Of a stretch of DNA of 64,000 nt, positions 54,277 to 63,721 are shown piece by piece. The notes under the pieces were generated by a model. That model was given only the letters and a program-made list of their open reading frames with translations, made no database searches and was not told where the DNA came from. Every line of letters begins with the position of its first letter. The first letter of the stretch is position 1. A program made the position numbers and the translations under genes. Origin of the DNA: an uncultured Planctomycetia bacterium (lineage in GTDB: Bacteria; Omnitrophota; Gorgyraeia; Tantalellales; Tantalellaceae); NCBI GenBank assembly GCA_964421015.1, contig CAYQUS010000004.1:53744-117743 (forward strand). The letters run 5' to 3'.

Positions 54277-54404
54277 GCCTCGGTTATTATTTGTCTTGGT
54301 GTCCCTTGGAGCCGGGGTCGGCTCCAAGGATCCCCCATCTTTCCGGGAATCTCACAAAAACTTTCCGCCCAAGGTAAGGAAAGTTTTTGTGTATAGGTTA
54401 AGCT

Positions 54405-54489
54405 GGTGGGGAGGGAAGGATTCGAACCTTCGAAGGCGTAAGCCGGCAGATTTACAGTCTGATGCGTTTGGCCACTTCGCTACCTCCCC
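54405..54489 (-). tRNA. tRNA-Tyr (anticodon GTA), class II with a long variable arm
   Basis: Minus strand GGGGAGG-TA-GCG...CTGTAAA...long variable arm...GAAGG-TTCGAAT-CCTTC-CCTCCCC-A-CCA. 85 nt. Confidence 0.85.
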
Positions 54490-54750
54490 GAACGAGGTGT
54501 ATTCTATGTTATAGAGCGCTTTTTGTCAAATAGCCTAAACTTTGACCTGTGATTGCTACTTGCATATTACTGTTTTTTTAGATCCTTCGGTCGCTTCGCT
54601 CCCTCAGGATGACGAACTTTAGGCTCAGGAAAACACCTTGGTGACAGGCACCTTTGTATCACAACATAGACCAGACAAAGTTGCCAGTCACCAGTCGCGG
54701 CAAAGTTGCCAAACACCTTTGAAAACACATTGGTGCCAGGCACCAATTGC

Positions 54751-54799
54751 TTCCTCCTTCCTCCTTCCTCCTTACTCCTTACTCCTTACTACTTTCTAC
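54751..54799. repeat. Seven tandem degenerate heptamers (TTCCTCC x3, TTACTCC x2, TTACTAC, TTTCTAC) in the tRNA-Thr/tRNA-Tyr spacer
   Basis: Direct reading of the plus strand. On the transcribed (minus) strand it is a purine tract (GGAGGAA)3(GGAGTAA)2.... Confidence 0.8.
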
Positions 54800-54808
54800 T
54801 TAAAGACA

Positions 54809-54884
54809 TGGAGCCGGCGGAGGGATTTGAACCCCCGACAGGCTGATTACAAATCAGCTACTCTACCAACTGAGTTACGCCGGC
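54809..54884 (-). tRNA. tRNA-Thr (anticodon TGT)
   Basis: Minus strand GCCGGCG-TA-ACTC-AGTTGGTA-GAGT-A-GCTGA-TTTGTAA-TCAGC-CTGTC-GGGGG-TTCAAAT-CCCTC-CGCCGGC-T-CCA. Confidence 0.85.
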
Positions 54885-54918
54885 ATTCTATCGTTTTAAA
54901 GAGCATCGACCCGTAAAA

Positions 54919-54945
54919 GATATACTAAATGATGCGTAAAGTCAA
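54919..54945 (-). promoter_or_regulatory. Candidate promoter of the tRNA-Thr(TGT)-tRNA-Tyr transcription unit
   Basis: Minus strand: TTGACT, 15-nt spacer, TATATC. About 35 nt upstream of the tRNA 5' end. Confidence 0.3.
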
Positions 54946-55051
54946 GTAGCACGGGAACAGAACCGGGATTGGGATTTTTTTGCTGTTAAGTTCACCACAT
55001 TGGTGAAAGGCACCGGCGGTTCCAGTCACCGGAACCAGAGCCTCTTTGCCT

Positions 55052-55915
55052 CTAAAGCCCGGCTTTGGCGAACGCCTCGTTGAGCGAATCCAGAACATCA
55101 GAAGCTATCATGCTGAAAATACCTTTTTTCTGCGCAGCTATGTCGCCGGCAAGGCCGTGAAGATAAACCCCGGAAACGGCCGCGCTGTAAGCATTGAGCC
55201 CCTGCCCTATAAAAGAAGCTATTATCCCGGTAAGCACGTCGCCTGTACCTCCCGTTGCCATGCCGGAGTTCCCGGTATCGTTAACGAAAGTCTCTCCTTC
55301 GGGAGAAACTACAACGGTCCCGTGCCCTTTAAGGCACACTACCGCTCCCGTAATGTCGGCAAGACGTTTGGCCGAACCCACCCTTTCCTTCTGCACATCG
55401 GATGTTTTTTTTCCAAGTAAACGAGCGGCCTCGCCCGGATGCGGTGTTATGACCGTAGCGGCTTTCCTGCCCTTTATGGTTTCAGCCTCGCCTTCCATAA
55501 CGTTAAGTCCGTCGGCGTCAAGCACCACCGGAACACCAAGTTTACGCAAAAGCGCTCTTACCAGTTTATGCACATCTTGACTTTGCCCCAGACCGGGCCC
55601 CATCGCCACGACATCGCATTTTTCCGACGCCTCAAGTATTTCCTTTTCCGCTTTCTTCGAAAAAGCCGACCCATCGGCTCCGGCGGCCACGGGCAGGGTC
55701 ATTACTTCAGTAAGTTTGGTTTCCATTACGCCGTTTAGCGTCTCCGGGACGGCGCATGTCACAAGGCCGCTTCCCGCTCTTAAAGCGCCCATCGCCGTAA
55801 GACAGGCCGCGCCAGTCATGCCTCTTGACCCGGCGACCACAAGAACTTTTCCGTAATCCCCTTTATGAGAATCTTCCTTCCTGGAACTTATCTTGCCCAT
55901 GTGTGTTTTAAACAT
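55052..55915 (-). CDS. nnr: ADP-dependent (S)-NAD(P)H-hydrate dehydratase (YjeF C-terminal domain family)
   Basis: 287 aa; KGDYGKVLVVAGS...GMTGAA...GTGDVL motifs of the carbohydrate-kinase-like YjeF_C fold. Confidence 0.75.
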   Translation of the reverse strand: MFKTHMGKISSRKEDSHKGDYGKVLVVAGSRGMTGAACLTAMGALRAGSGLVTCAVPETLNGVMETKLTEVMTLPVAAGADGSAFSKKAEKEILEASEKCDVVAMGPGLGQSQDVHKLVRALLRKLGVPVVLDADGLNVMEGEAETIKGRKAATVITPHPGEAARLLGKKTSDVQKERVGSAKRLADITGAVVCLKGHGTVVVSPEGETFVNDTGNSGMATGGTGDVLTGIIASFIGQGLNAYSAAVSGVYLHGLAGDIAAQKKGIFSMIASDVLDSLNEAFAKAGL

Positions 55916-56294
55916 CTTTCACCGCCAATGCGTTTGATGTAGCTATGTTTTCTGTGTGTGATACGCTCACAAGAACGCGCGTCAGGTCGAACTCCCGCAT
56001 TATCTGCCCGGCTCGCCCGTGAAGCTCAACATAGGGTTTGCCATCGGGATGGTTCAAAACCTCTATGTCGGACCAGTTGAGGCCTATCCTCGCGCCGTCA
56101 GGAAGAGCCTTCTTGACGGCTTCTTTGGCGGCGAACTTGCCGGCCATGTGCTCGTAAAAAAATTTTTTGCTGGAAGCGTGTTCAAGCTCTTTTTCGGTAA
56201 AGATCTTGCGGAGAAAATCTTTTCCTCTTTTTTCCACGACTTTCCGGAACCTTTTTATGTCAACTATGTCCGTCCCCAGACCGAAGACCCTCAC
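55908..56294 (-). CDS. acpS: Holo-[acyl-carrier-protein] synthase
   Basis: 128 aa; GTDIVDIKRF and SVSHTENIA motifs. Confidence 0.8.
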   Translation of the reverse strand: MRVFGLGTDIVDIKRFRKVVEKRGKDFLRKIFTEKELEHASSKKFFYEHMAGKFAAKEAVKKALPDGARIGLNWSDIEVLNHPDGKPYVELHGRAGQIMREFDLTRVLVSVSHTENIATSNALAVKDV

Positions 56295-57007
56295 GAGATC
56301 AGCTCCTTCATTCGCCTGACGGCCTCTTTTATCCCCCAGAAAACGGAATTTGAGATTATGGAATGTCCTATATTAAGTTCGTATATTCCGGATATATGAG
56401 CCACTGCCGCCACGTTGCCGTAAGTAAGGCCGTGCCCGGCAGCCACGATAAGCCCCATTTCCAGGGCCCGTGCCGTCATGTTTTTTATCTCTTCAAGCTC
56501 CTTTTCCGCCGCCATACCTGTTAAAAACCCTTCGGCGTAACGCCCTGTATGAAACTCTACCATCTTTACTCCCGCGGAAACCGACGCTTCCAGCTGTTTG
56601 AGTTCGGGATCTATGAAAAGGCTCGCTCTTATCCCCGAATCTTTCAGCCTTCCCGCGACTTCCCGTATCTTTTTCAGGTTGCATGCTACGTCGAGACCTC
56701 CTTCGGTGGTTATCTCCCGGCGGTTTTCAGGAACGATCGTGGCCTGCTGCGGCCTTAAAAGGCATGCGATATCCACTATTTCAGAGTCTACTGACATTTC
56801 CATATTAAGAGGCGCATTGATCGCCCGCTTTATCATGAAAAGATCTTCGTCCTGGATATGCCGACGGTCCTTCCTGAGATGACATACTATGCTGTCGCAG
56901 CCCGCCTCGACACACTCAATTGCCGCCCTCACAGGATCTGGCTCAACGGTCTTCCTGGCTTCTCTCAGGGTAGCTACATGGTCTATGTTAACACCGAGTT
57001 TTATCAT
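56291..57007 (-). CDS. pdxJ: Pyridoxine 5'-phosphate synthase
   Basis: 238 aa; GVNIDHVATLR N-terminus; TIM barrel. Confidence 0.85.
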   Translation of the reverse strand: MIKLGVNIDHVATLREARKTVEPDPVRAAIECVEAGCDSIVCHLRKDRRHIQDEDLFMIKRAINAPLNMEMSVDSEIVDIACLLRPQQATIVPENRREITTEGGLDVACNLKKIREVAGRLKDSGIRASLFIDPELKQLEASVSAGVKMVEFHTGRYAEGFLTGMAAEKELEEIKNMTARALEMGLIVAAGHGLTYGNVAAVAHISGIYELNIGHSIISNSVFWGIKEAVRRMKELIS

Positions 57008-57032
57008 GTCGTTTTGGAAAAGGCGCCGCGCC

Positions 57033-57476
57033 TTATCGCGAGGTATTCTCCGCGGGTTCTACGGGCAGGTATACGTCCACCACCTTGTTATCCAGATTTA
57101 TGTACTTCACGTCTGAACTCAGCCCCAGACGGAGCTGAACCGCGGCCGTGTATTCCCTGAGATCTATCCTGTCGGTCCTGAGCTCCTCCACCTGGTCCAG
57201 AGCGCTCTTGGGACCGAATATCGCCATTTTTTCAGGTTCGACCTTAACTTTTTCGAACGGAACACGGTACCCTTTGGGAGACTTACCGTAGAAAACCGGT
57301 TTTATAGGTACCTCTTTAAGAGAAAAATTAAAATTCGAAAGTATCTCTTCAGTGGACTCTCGCCTGTGAGCATAAGGATCGCTGTTCATAAGATCAAAAA
57401 CATAGAACCACGTCGCTACGGCAAACGCCAGCGTTACCACCTTGGCCCAGAAATTGTTCGTAATTATGCTTTTCAT
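57033..57476 (-). CDS. YbbR-like domain protein, probable diadenylate-cyclase regulator CdaR
   Basis: N-terminal TM helix plus a single YbbR-like domain. Immediately downstream of cdaA and overlapping it. Confidence 0.55.
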   Translation of the reverse strand: MKSIITNNFWAKVVTLAFAVATWFYVFDLMNSDPYAHRRESTEEILSNFNFSLKEVPIKPVFYGKSPKGYRVPFEKVKVEPEKMAIFGPKSALDQVEELRTDRIDLREYTAAVQLRLGLSSDVKYINLDNKVVDVYLPVEPAENTSR

Positions 57477-58279
57477 CTGGAGATCTTCCCCGGGTTGCGC
57501 ATACCTGTTATCTTTTTTATCACCGAAGGAACATGTCTTTTTTTGTCTTTCGGCGTATAGGCTTTTTCTATTATCCCCGCCAGGTTCTTCGGGTCGATAT
57601 CCGTGTTTATTCGCCCGCCCGACGCCACGGATATGGCGCCGGTCTCCTCGCTTACCACCACGACCACGGCATCGGTCTCTTCCGAAAGACCCAGGGCCGC
57701 GCGGTGCCTTGTGCCCATGCTTTTAGGCACGTCAGGGTTCTGCGTGAGAGGAAAAAGGCATGCCGCGGCTTCAAGCCTCTGGTGCGACACTATTATCCCG
57801 CCGTCATGAAGCGGTGTAGTCACCGAAAATATGGTGTTTATAAGTTCACTGGTTATCTTGGCGTCCAGGCTTACCCCGCTCTCAACGTAACGCCGTAAAC
57901 CGATCTCCCTCTCTATGGCTATAAGGCCGCCTATACGCCTCTTCGACATTATGGCGCATGACTTTGATATCTCGCCTATTATTTCTTTCTCTTCTTGAAA
58001 AACACCGAAACGCCCTATCCTGGCCAATCCTCTTCGTATCTCAGGCTGGAAAATTATGAGGAACGCTACAACGGATATTGCCAGAAGCCTTGTAAGCATC
58101 CAGTTGATGATAACGAGGTTCAATCCCCTGGTAAGGAGGACTATAAGAGAAATGACGATTATCCCCTTGAGCACCTGTTCGGCGGCGGTTCCTTTGAAGA
58201 GAAGGTACACCATGTAGTACATTCCCCACAAAAGCAGTATTTCAAGCACAACTTCCCAGCCTAGAAAAAAACCCATCAT
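57473..58279 (-). CDS. cdaA: Diadenylate cyclase CdaA (c-di-AMP synthase)
   Basis: Three N-terminal TM helices, then a DAC domain with the LHDGG and TRHRAALG motifs. Confidence 0.85.
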   Translation of the reverse strand: MMGFFLGWEVVLEILLLWGMYYMVYLLFKGTAAEQVLKGIIVISLIVLLTRGLNLVIINWMLTRLLAISVVAFLIIFQPEIRRGLARIGRFGVFQEEKEIIGEISKSCAIMSKRRIGGLIAIEREIGLRRYVESGVSLDAKITSELINTIFSVTTPLHDGGIIVSHQRLEAAACLFPLTQNPDVPKSMGTRHRAALGLSEETDAVVVVVSEETGAISVASGGRINTDIDPKNLAGIIEKAYTPKDKKRHVPSVIKKITGMRNPGKISR

Positions 58280-59127
58280 CCCGCGCCTTTTATGGCGTCC
58301 GCTACAAGCGCCGCGTCGCGTATCTCCGCGACGTCGTGCACCCGTACTATGTCCGCCCCGTTAAGTATGGCGGCCGTCACAGCGGCGGCCGTCCCGAAAA
58401 TCCTCTCACCCGAAGTCTTTCCCGTTATCTCGCCCAAAAAACTTTTTCTGGACACACCTACCATTATAGGCCTTGAGAGAACCTTAAAACAAGAAAGTTT
58501 TTTCAATATCTCAAGATTGTGCTCTTTTGTCTTGCCGAACCCTATACCCGGATCTATGATTATCCTTTCGTGGTCTATTCCCGCCTCTAAAGCTGCCTCG
58601 ACGGACAAGGAAAGGTACTCCGTTATTTCCCCGATAAGGTCTACGTAGCTGGGGGACCTCTGCATATCCCTGGGAGTCCCCTTCATATGCATAAGGCACA
58701 CCGCTGCGCCCCGTGAAGCGACGACTTCTGCCATGCGGCTATCCCCATGAAGCGCGGTTATGTCGTTAATTATCCCGGCCCCTTCGTCCAGTGCCAGCCT
58801 TGCCACTTCGCTTTTCGCCGTATCTACAGATATCACAGCGCCGCATTTTTTTCTAAGGAGCCTTACGACCGGGATAACCCGCCTTATCTCTTCTTTTTCG
58901 TCTACCGGAGAAGCCCCAGGCCTTGAGGACTCTCCACCCACGTCGATGATCCCGGCTCCCGCCGATACCATCTCAAGAGCCCTGTCCAGAGCTTTCTCCG
59001 GAGCCATGTACCGCTCGCCGTCGCTGAAAGAATCAGGCGTAACGTTCAATATGCCCATCAGGCACGTCCCGCCCGACAGGCGTATCACATGTTCCCCAAG
59101 ACGCAAGTCTTTCCCGAAAAAAGCCAT
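58276..59127 (-). CDS. folP: Dihydropteroate synthase
   Basis: 283 aa; GILNVTPDSFSDGG motif; pterin-binding TIM barrel. Confidence 0.85.
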   Translation of the reverse strand: MAFFGKDLRLGEHVIRLSGGTCLMGILNVTPDSFSDGERYMAPEKALDRALEMVSAGAGIIDVGGESSRPGASPVDEKEEIRRVIPVVRLLRKKCGAVISVDTAKSEVARLALDEGAGIINDITALHGDSRMAEVVASRGAAVCLMHMKGTPRDMQRSPSYVDLIGEITEYLSLSVEAALEAGIDHERIIIDPGIGFGKTKEHNLEILKKLSCFKVLSRPIMVGVSRKSFLGEITGKTSGERIFGTAAAVTAAILNGADIVRVHDVAEIRDAALVADAIKGAG

Positions 59128-59141
59128 TTAAAAAACCCGCC

Positions 59142-61052
59142 TCAAGCGTTATCCGTGTCGTCCTGCGACATGGACGCGAACCCGAGAAGCTCGGCCACCT
59201 CATTTTCGTAAAGTGTCTCTTTCTCTATGAGTTTGCCGGCAAGAAGGTCCAGCTTATCTTTGGCCGCGGACAGTTTAGAAACCGCCTGATTGTAACAGCC
59301 GTCTACTATCGACTTCACCTCGTCGTCTATGAGCTTAGCGGTATCCTCGCTGTAATTCCTTTCTTCGGCTATGTCCCTTCCGAGGAATATCTGGTCGTGC
59401 CTTCTGCCGAAAGTAAGATGTCCGAGTTTTTCGCTCATGCCGTACTGGGTGACCATATCGCGCGCTATGGTCGTGGCCCGTTTTATGTCGTCACGGGCGC
59501 CGTTGGAAACATCCCTGAACGTTATCTCTTCGCTGGCCCTGCCGCCGAGAAGCCCCGTTATTATGCCGAGGAATTTACTTTTCATGTAAAAATCCTGGTC
59601 TTTTCTGGGAAGCTGTATCGTGTACCCTCCGGCCATGCCGCGAGAAACTATGGTCACCTTATGCAGAGGATCCGCCCCTTCCACAAGATACGCCAGAAGA
59701 GCGTGTCCGGCCTCGTGATACGCCGCTATCTTTTTATCCTCTTCGGTTTTTTTCTTTGACTTTCTTTCGGGGCCGGCTATGACCCTCTCCATAGCCTCCT
59801 GCAGCTCTTCTGTCCCGACAGCTCGCTTATTTCTCCTGGCTCCCAACAGCGCCGCTTCATTGATGAGATTGGCAAGATCAGCCCCGGAAAAACCGGTTGT
59901 TTGTTTGGCTATCTTACCAAGGTTTATGTCCTTCTCCATTTTGACTTCTTTGGAATGGACCTTAAGGACTTCCTCTCTCCCCTGAAGGTCCGGTAGCCCT
60001 ACTACCACCTGGCGATCGAACCTTCCCGGACGCAGAAGCGCCGGGTCAAGAACATCTGGCCTGTTGGTGGCCGCCACAAGTATTACTCCAGTCTCCGTGT
60101 CAAACCCGTCCATCTCGGAAAGAAGCGCGTTAAGGGTCTGCTCGCGTTCGTCGTGCCCTCCCCCTATACCCGAGAACCTCTGTCTTCCCACGGCGTCTAT
60201 TTCGTCGATGAAAATTATACAGCCTTTCTGGCTCAGCTTGACCGACTTCTTAGCCTGATCAAAAAGGTCGCGGACCCTTGAGGCCCCTACGCCGACGAAC
60301 ATCTCTACAAAATCGGATCCTGAGAGGCTGAAGAAAGGAACACCGGCTTCCCCGGCGACAGCCTTTGCCAGAAGGGTTTTACCGGTACCGGGAGGCCCCA
60401 TAAGAAGGACCCCTTTGGGCATCTTACCGCCAAGACGCTGGAATTTTCTGGGGTCCTTAAGGAACTCTATGACCTCTTTGAGCTCTTCCTTGGCCTCTTC
60501 TATGCCGGCCACCTGATCGAATGTGACCCTTGTCTTGTCTTTAGCCGCAAGTTTCGCCCTAGACTTACCGAATGAAAGCATCCTTCCGCCTCCGGCCGAA
60601 GCTCCTCGGTAAACAAAGAACCAGAGGAAAAATATGAAAAGTATCATCGGCCCAAGCGAGTAAAAAAGGTTCGCCAGGAAAGTCTGCGGAGGTTTGATGT
60701 CAAAGTCCGGGATATTGGACCGCATCGCGTTAAGAAGCACGGTATCCTCTTCCGGCACTATCACCGAAAAAGCAAGGCCGCTGTTCAGCTTACCCGCCAC
60801 TCTGTCCTCCACTTTAACCGCGGAAACTATTGTGCCGGAACGGTCGTTCGTCATGACCGTGTCGTAGAACTCTTTGTATGTCATGGATTTAGCTGTCTGC
60901 TCAAAAGATGAAAAAACCCACTGAAAAATAGACAGAACGGCCACTATGATAAATATCCACGTCACCAGGTTCTTGTCAGAACCGGGCGTTTTGCTTCCTT
61001 CCGGGGGTGTCATGCCCTTTTTACCCCGTTCAGGTTTTTGCCTGTTTTCCAT
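59142..61052 (-). CDS. ftsH: ATP-dependent zinc metalloprotease FtsH
   Basis: 636 aa; two TM helices, AAA+ Walker [15 protein letters not shown] zinc motif. Confidence 0.95.
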   Translation of the reverse strand: MENRQKPERGKKGMTPPEGSKTPGSDKNLVTWIFIIVAVLSIFQWVFSSFEQTAKSMTYKEFYDTVMTNDRSGTIVSAVKVEDRVAGKLNSGLAFSVIVPEEDTVLLNAMRSNIPDFDIKPPQTFLANLFYSLGPMILFIFFLWFFVYRGASAGGGRMLSFGKSRAKLAAKDKTRVTFDQVAGIEEAKEELKEVIEFLKDPRKFQRLGGKMPKGVLLMGPPGTGKTLLAKAVAGEAGVPFFSLSGSDFVEMFVGVGASRVRDLFDQAKKSVKLSQKGCIIFIDEIDAVGRQRFSGIGGGHDEREQTLNALLSEMDGFDTETGVILVAATNRPDVLDPALLRPGRFDRQVVVGLPDLQGREEVLKVHSKEVKMEKDINLGKIAKQTTGFSGADLANLINEAALLGARRNKRAVGTEELQEAMERVIAGPERKSKKKTEEDKKIAAYHEAGHALLAYLVEGADPLHKVTIVSRGMAGGYTIQLPRKDQDFYMKSKFLGIITGLLGGRASEEITFRDVSNGARDDIKRATTIARDMVTQYGMSEKLGHLTFGRRHDQIFLGRDIAEERNYSEDTAKLIDDEVKSIVDGCYNQAVSKLSAAKDKLDLLAGKLIEKETLYENEVAELLGFASMSQDDTDNA

Positions 61053-61151
61053 GCCGCTTTTCTCCCTCCGATATAATACCGTTGTAGCTCTTCGTAAAAA
61101 CTGTTCCGGTCATTGTAGCATACGCCCGCGCCGGGGGTCAATTCGAGTATA

Positions 61152-62171
61152 TCAGGCGGACCGGGAAAAAGAGATCTTCCCTCCGCTCTTGACAGCCGTC
61201 ACGCCTCCCGGAAGATCCAGCGAACGGCCTTTTGACTGTGTCCGGGCGAAATTGTCCAGGAGCATCCAGTGCCTGTAAGAAAGTTTTTTTACGCTGCCTC
61301 CCGATGAAACAAAAAACCTTTTAAATATTTCTCTCCTTACCGCCGCTGGCTGAGCGAGATACTCCCTTAGTTTTACCCCCGTGCGGGGCTGTCCGTCAGG
61401 GACCACACATTCCGCCTTTTCTTTTCTGCAGGCCGCGGCGAAGAGCAGATCTTCTCTGACTGAATCGGCGATATTGACCAGCGAAGACCTAACCTCCGGA
61501 TTTATCTTTTCAAGAAAAGGCAGGACTTCCATCCTGATACGGTTGCGCAGAAATTTTTGATCCGCGTTGGAACTATCTTCCACATGTTTTATGCCGTTCA
61601 CGTTCACAAATGACACAATATCCTTTCTTGATATCCTGATGAGCGGCCGTATGAACCTTATCCCCTGTTCTGTTCTGACAGGCGGTATCCCGGCAAGACC
61701 GTCAGCGGAAGAACCTTTTATGACTCTCATAAGAACAGTCTCCGCCTGGTCGTCCATATTGTGTCCCGTGGCCACGCATGAGCATCCTTGAGCTTTAGCT
61801 GTCCTTATAAAAAACTCGTATCTTTTTTTCCTGAGCTTTTCCTCCAGAGATATCCTGCCTTGATGGCGCGATGGGAACCTCAGTTTTTCGCTCACGCACT
61901 TTAGTCCGAGACTTTCCGCGAGATGCGCCACAAAAAGAGCTTCCCGGGCGGATTCGCCCGCGCGGGTCCCGTGATCGAGCGTGGCCACGACTATCTCTAT
62001 CCCTAGCCCCGAAGAAAGCGCCCTGAGCGCCGTAACAAGAGACACGGAATCCGCTCCGCCCGATACCGCGACCAGGACCTTTTCGCCCTTTCTGACCATA
62101 TCGTAATGAGATACGGTATCTTTGACCTTTTTGAGAAAATCGGGATACCTGGTTTTAACTTTTTTCTTCAT
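61152..62171 (-). CDS. tilS: tRNA(Ile)-lysidine synthetase
   Basis: PP-loop SGGADS at the N-terminus. 339 aa. Confidence 0.8.
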   Translation of the reverse strand: MKKKVKTRYPDFLKKVKDTVSHYDMVRKGEKVLVAVSGGADSVSLVTALRALSSGLGIEIVVATLDHGTRAGESAREALFVAHLAESLGLKCVSEKLRFPSRHQGRISLEEKLRKKRYEFFIRTAKAQGCSCVATGHNMDDQAETVLMRVIKGSSADGLAGIPPVRTEQGIRFIRPLIRISRKDIVSFVNVNGIKHVEDSSNADQKFLRNRIRMEVLPFLEKINPEVRSSLVNIADSVREDLLFAAACRKEKAECVVPDGQPRTGVKLREYLAQPAAVRREIFKRFFVSSGGSVKKLSYRHWMLLDNFARTQSKGRSLDLPGGVTAVKSGGKISFSRSA

Positions 62172-62721
62172 TTTTACCTTTTACGGCTCTCGCCAGCTGT
62201 ATCTCGTGACCGTACACGCAGCCGCAGTAATCCTGCCTGTAAAGCCCCAGTTCCGCGGCTATTTCCAATGACCTTTTGAACCCGTCTTTTTTCTTGAAGT
62301 CGTCCTGAATGAACCTGTCACGGCCGATCTCGCGTCCTGCAAGATTTATCATCGAGGCGTCTTTCATGGGCCCCATGGTGAGCGTGGTCGTAAACGCGTC
62401 ATACATGTGCGCTCTGGCGTATTCGTAAGTTCTTTGGAGCCGCATCCTGAAACATATATCGCATCTTTTCCCGCCCTCTTTCTCATATTCGCAACCCTTT
62501 ACCGCCTCAAACCATTTTTCGCGGTCGTATTTGCCCTCTATAAGTTCTATACCCCAGTTAGCCAGGCACTTCCGCGCGGAATCAAGCCTCTTCTGGTATT
62601 CATCGGCAGGCTGTATGTTGGGATTATAAAAATACCCGGTAAGCGTGTATCCCCTGACAAGCAGTTTTTCCACAACTCCTCCGGCGCAAACCCCGCAGCA
62701 TACGTGAAGCAAAACTTTCAT
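62155..62721 (-). CDS. queH: Epoxyqueuosine reductase QueH (DUF208 family)
   Basis: 188 aa with the HVCCGVC and CGC cysteine motifs typical of QueH. Confidence 0.65.
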   Translation of the reverse strand: MKVLLHVCCGVCAGGVVEKLLVRGYTLTGYFYNPNIQPADEYQKRLDSARKCLANWGIELIEGKYDREKWFEAVKGCEYEKEGGKRCDICFRMRLQRTYEYARAHMYDAFTTTLTMGPMKDASMINLAGREIGRDRFIQDDFKKKDGFKRSLEIAAELGLYRQDYCGCVYGHEIQLARAVKGKNEEKS

Positions 62722-62743
62722 TTCTCTCCCTTATCTCAAAGCG

Positions 62744-63667
62744 TCAAAGCGTTATACTGTAAAAATCCTCGGCGGCCTCAAAAACAGGGTTCCCGGCGAA
62801 CATTTTCCTTACTTTTCCGGTCTCACCGTACTTACGGCTGAAATGCGTAAGGATAACTTTCTTTATCCCCAGATCTGAAGTCATCCTGAGTATCTCGGGA
62901 AAAGACGCGTGACAATGCGGCCTGTCTTCTCCCTGCTCGTCGATGTATGTGCAGTCCTGAATAAGGATGTCAGCCCCCTCGGCCAGCCTGACAAGATTAT
63001 CGCATATTTCCGTATCACCGGAATACACTATCTTTCTACCCGCTGTCCTTACGGATATGTCCTCTTCCCTGACCCTCCTGCCCGCAACGACACAGCTCCC
63101 TTTTTCCTTGATAACCCCGAACATTTTATCATTTTGGGAAAAGCCCATGCCCGCGGCCTTTTCGGGATCTATCGAATATCTGTCATTCTCGATAAAAGCA
63201 TAGGAAACAGCCGGCACACTATGGCGCGCCGGAACCGACACAACCCGAAACTCTCCGCAGCCATACACTTCCGATACCCTGGAGCCTTTATACGGCACGT
63301 CACGGTTCTCTACCTTGAACTTTCCCATGGGATAAAGAAGGCCTCCTCGCGGACGCATCTTTCTGGCCTCGGGCCCATGTATATAAAGGGTACGGTCCCG
63401 GCCCTCGAAACCCATAGTGTCCACAAGCCCCGGTATGCCAAGACAGTGGTCCCCGTGCCAATGGGTAACAAAGATCCTGTCGACGCTGTTTATCCCTATC
63501 CCGGAAATAAGCATCTGCCTCTGAGTGCCTTCACCGCAGTCAAAAAGACCGGTGAACCTGGAAGCGCTTTCGTATCTGAGACATATGGCCGTGTGCGCCC
63601 TTTCTTTGGTGGGCACGCCGGCCGCCGTTCCAAGTATAGTGATCTCTATTTTAGGCAAACTTTCCAC
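62744..63667 (-). CDS. rnz: Ribonuclease Z (tRNA 3' processing metallo-beta-lactamase)
   Basis: 307 aa; HWHGDH motif. Short form of RNase Z. Confidence 0.8.
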   Translation of the reverse strand: MESLPKIEITILGTAAGVPTKERAHTAICLRYESASRFTGLFDCGEGTQRQMLISGIGINSVDRIFVTHWHGDHCLGIPGLVDTMGFEGRDRTLYIHGPEARKMRPRGGLLYPMGKFKVENRDVPYKGSRVSEVYGCGEFRVVSVPARHSVPAVSYAFIENDRYSIDPEKAAGMGFSQNDKMFGVIKEKGSCVVAGRRVREEDISVRTAGRKIVYSGDTEICDNLVRLAEGADILIQDCTYIDEQGEDRPHCHASFPEILRMTSDLGIKKVILTHFSRKYGETGKVRKMFAGNPVFEAAEDFYSITL

Positions 63668-63721
63668 TCTCCCTTGTTCGATGCTGAAAACTAAAGCTCC
63701 GCCTCACTGCCTGACACTGCC

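Noticed and set aside
48060-54404. Searched the tRNA-flanked variable block for integrase, transposase or IS inverted repeats
   Set aside because: No tyrosine or serine recombinase, DDE transposase motif or terminal inverted repeats were found, so no mobile-element feature was called. The region is reported only as a variable block.
54751-54799. Tandem heptamer repeats considered as a CRISPR array
   Set aside because: The units are 7 nt with no spacers and there are no cas genes. It is a simple microsatellite-like tract, not CRISPR.
54638-54916. 92-aa plus-strand ORF spanning the heptamer tract and tRNA-Thr(TGT)
   Set aside because: It overlaps a tRNA gene and a simple repeat. The translation is low-complexity (SFLLPPYSLLLTTFYL). 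It is spurious.
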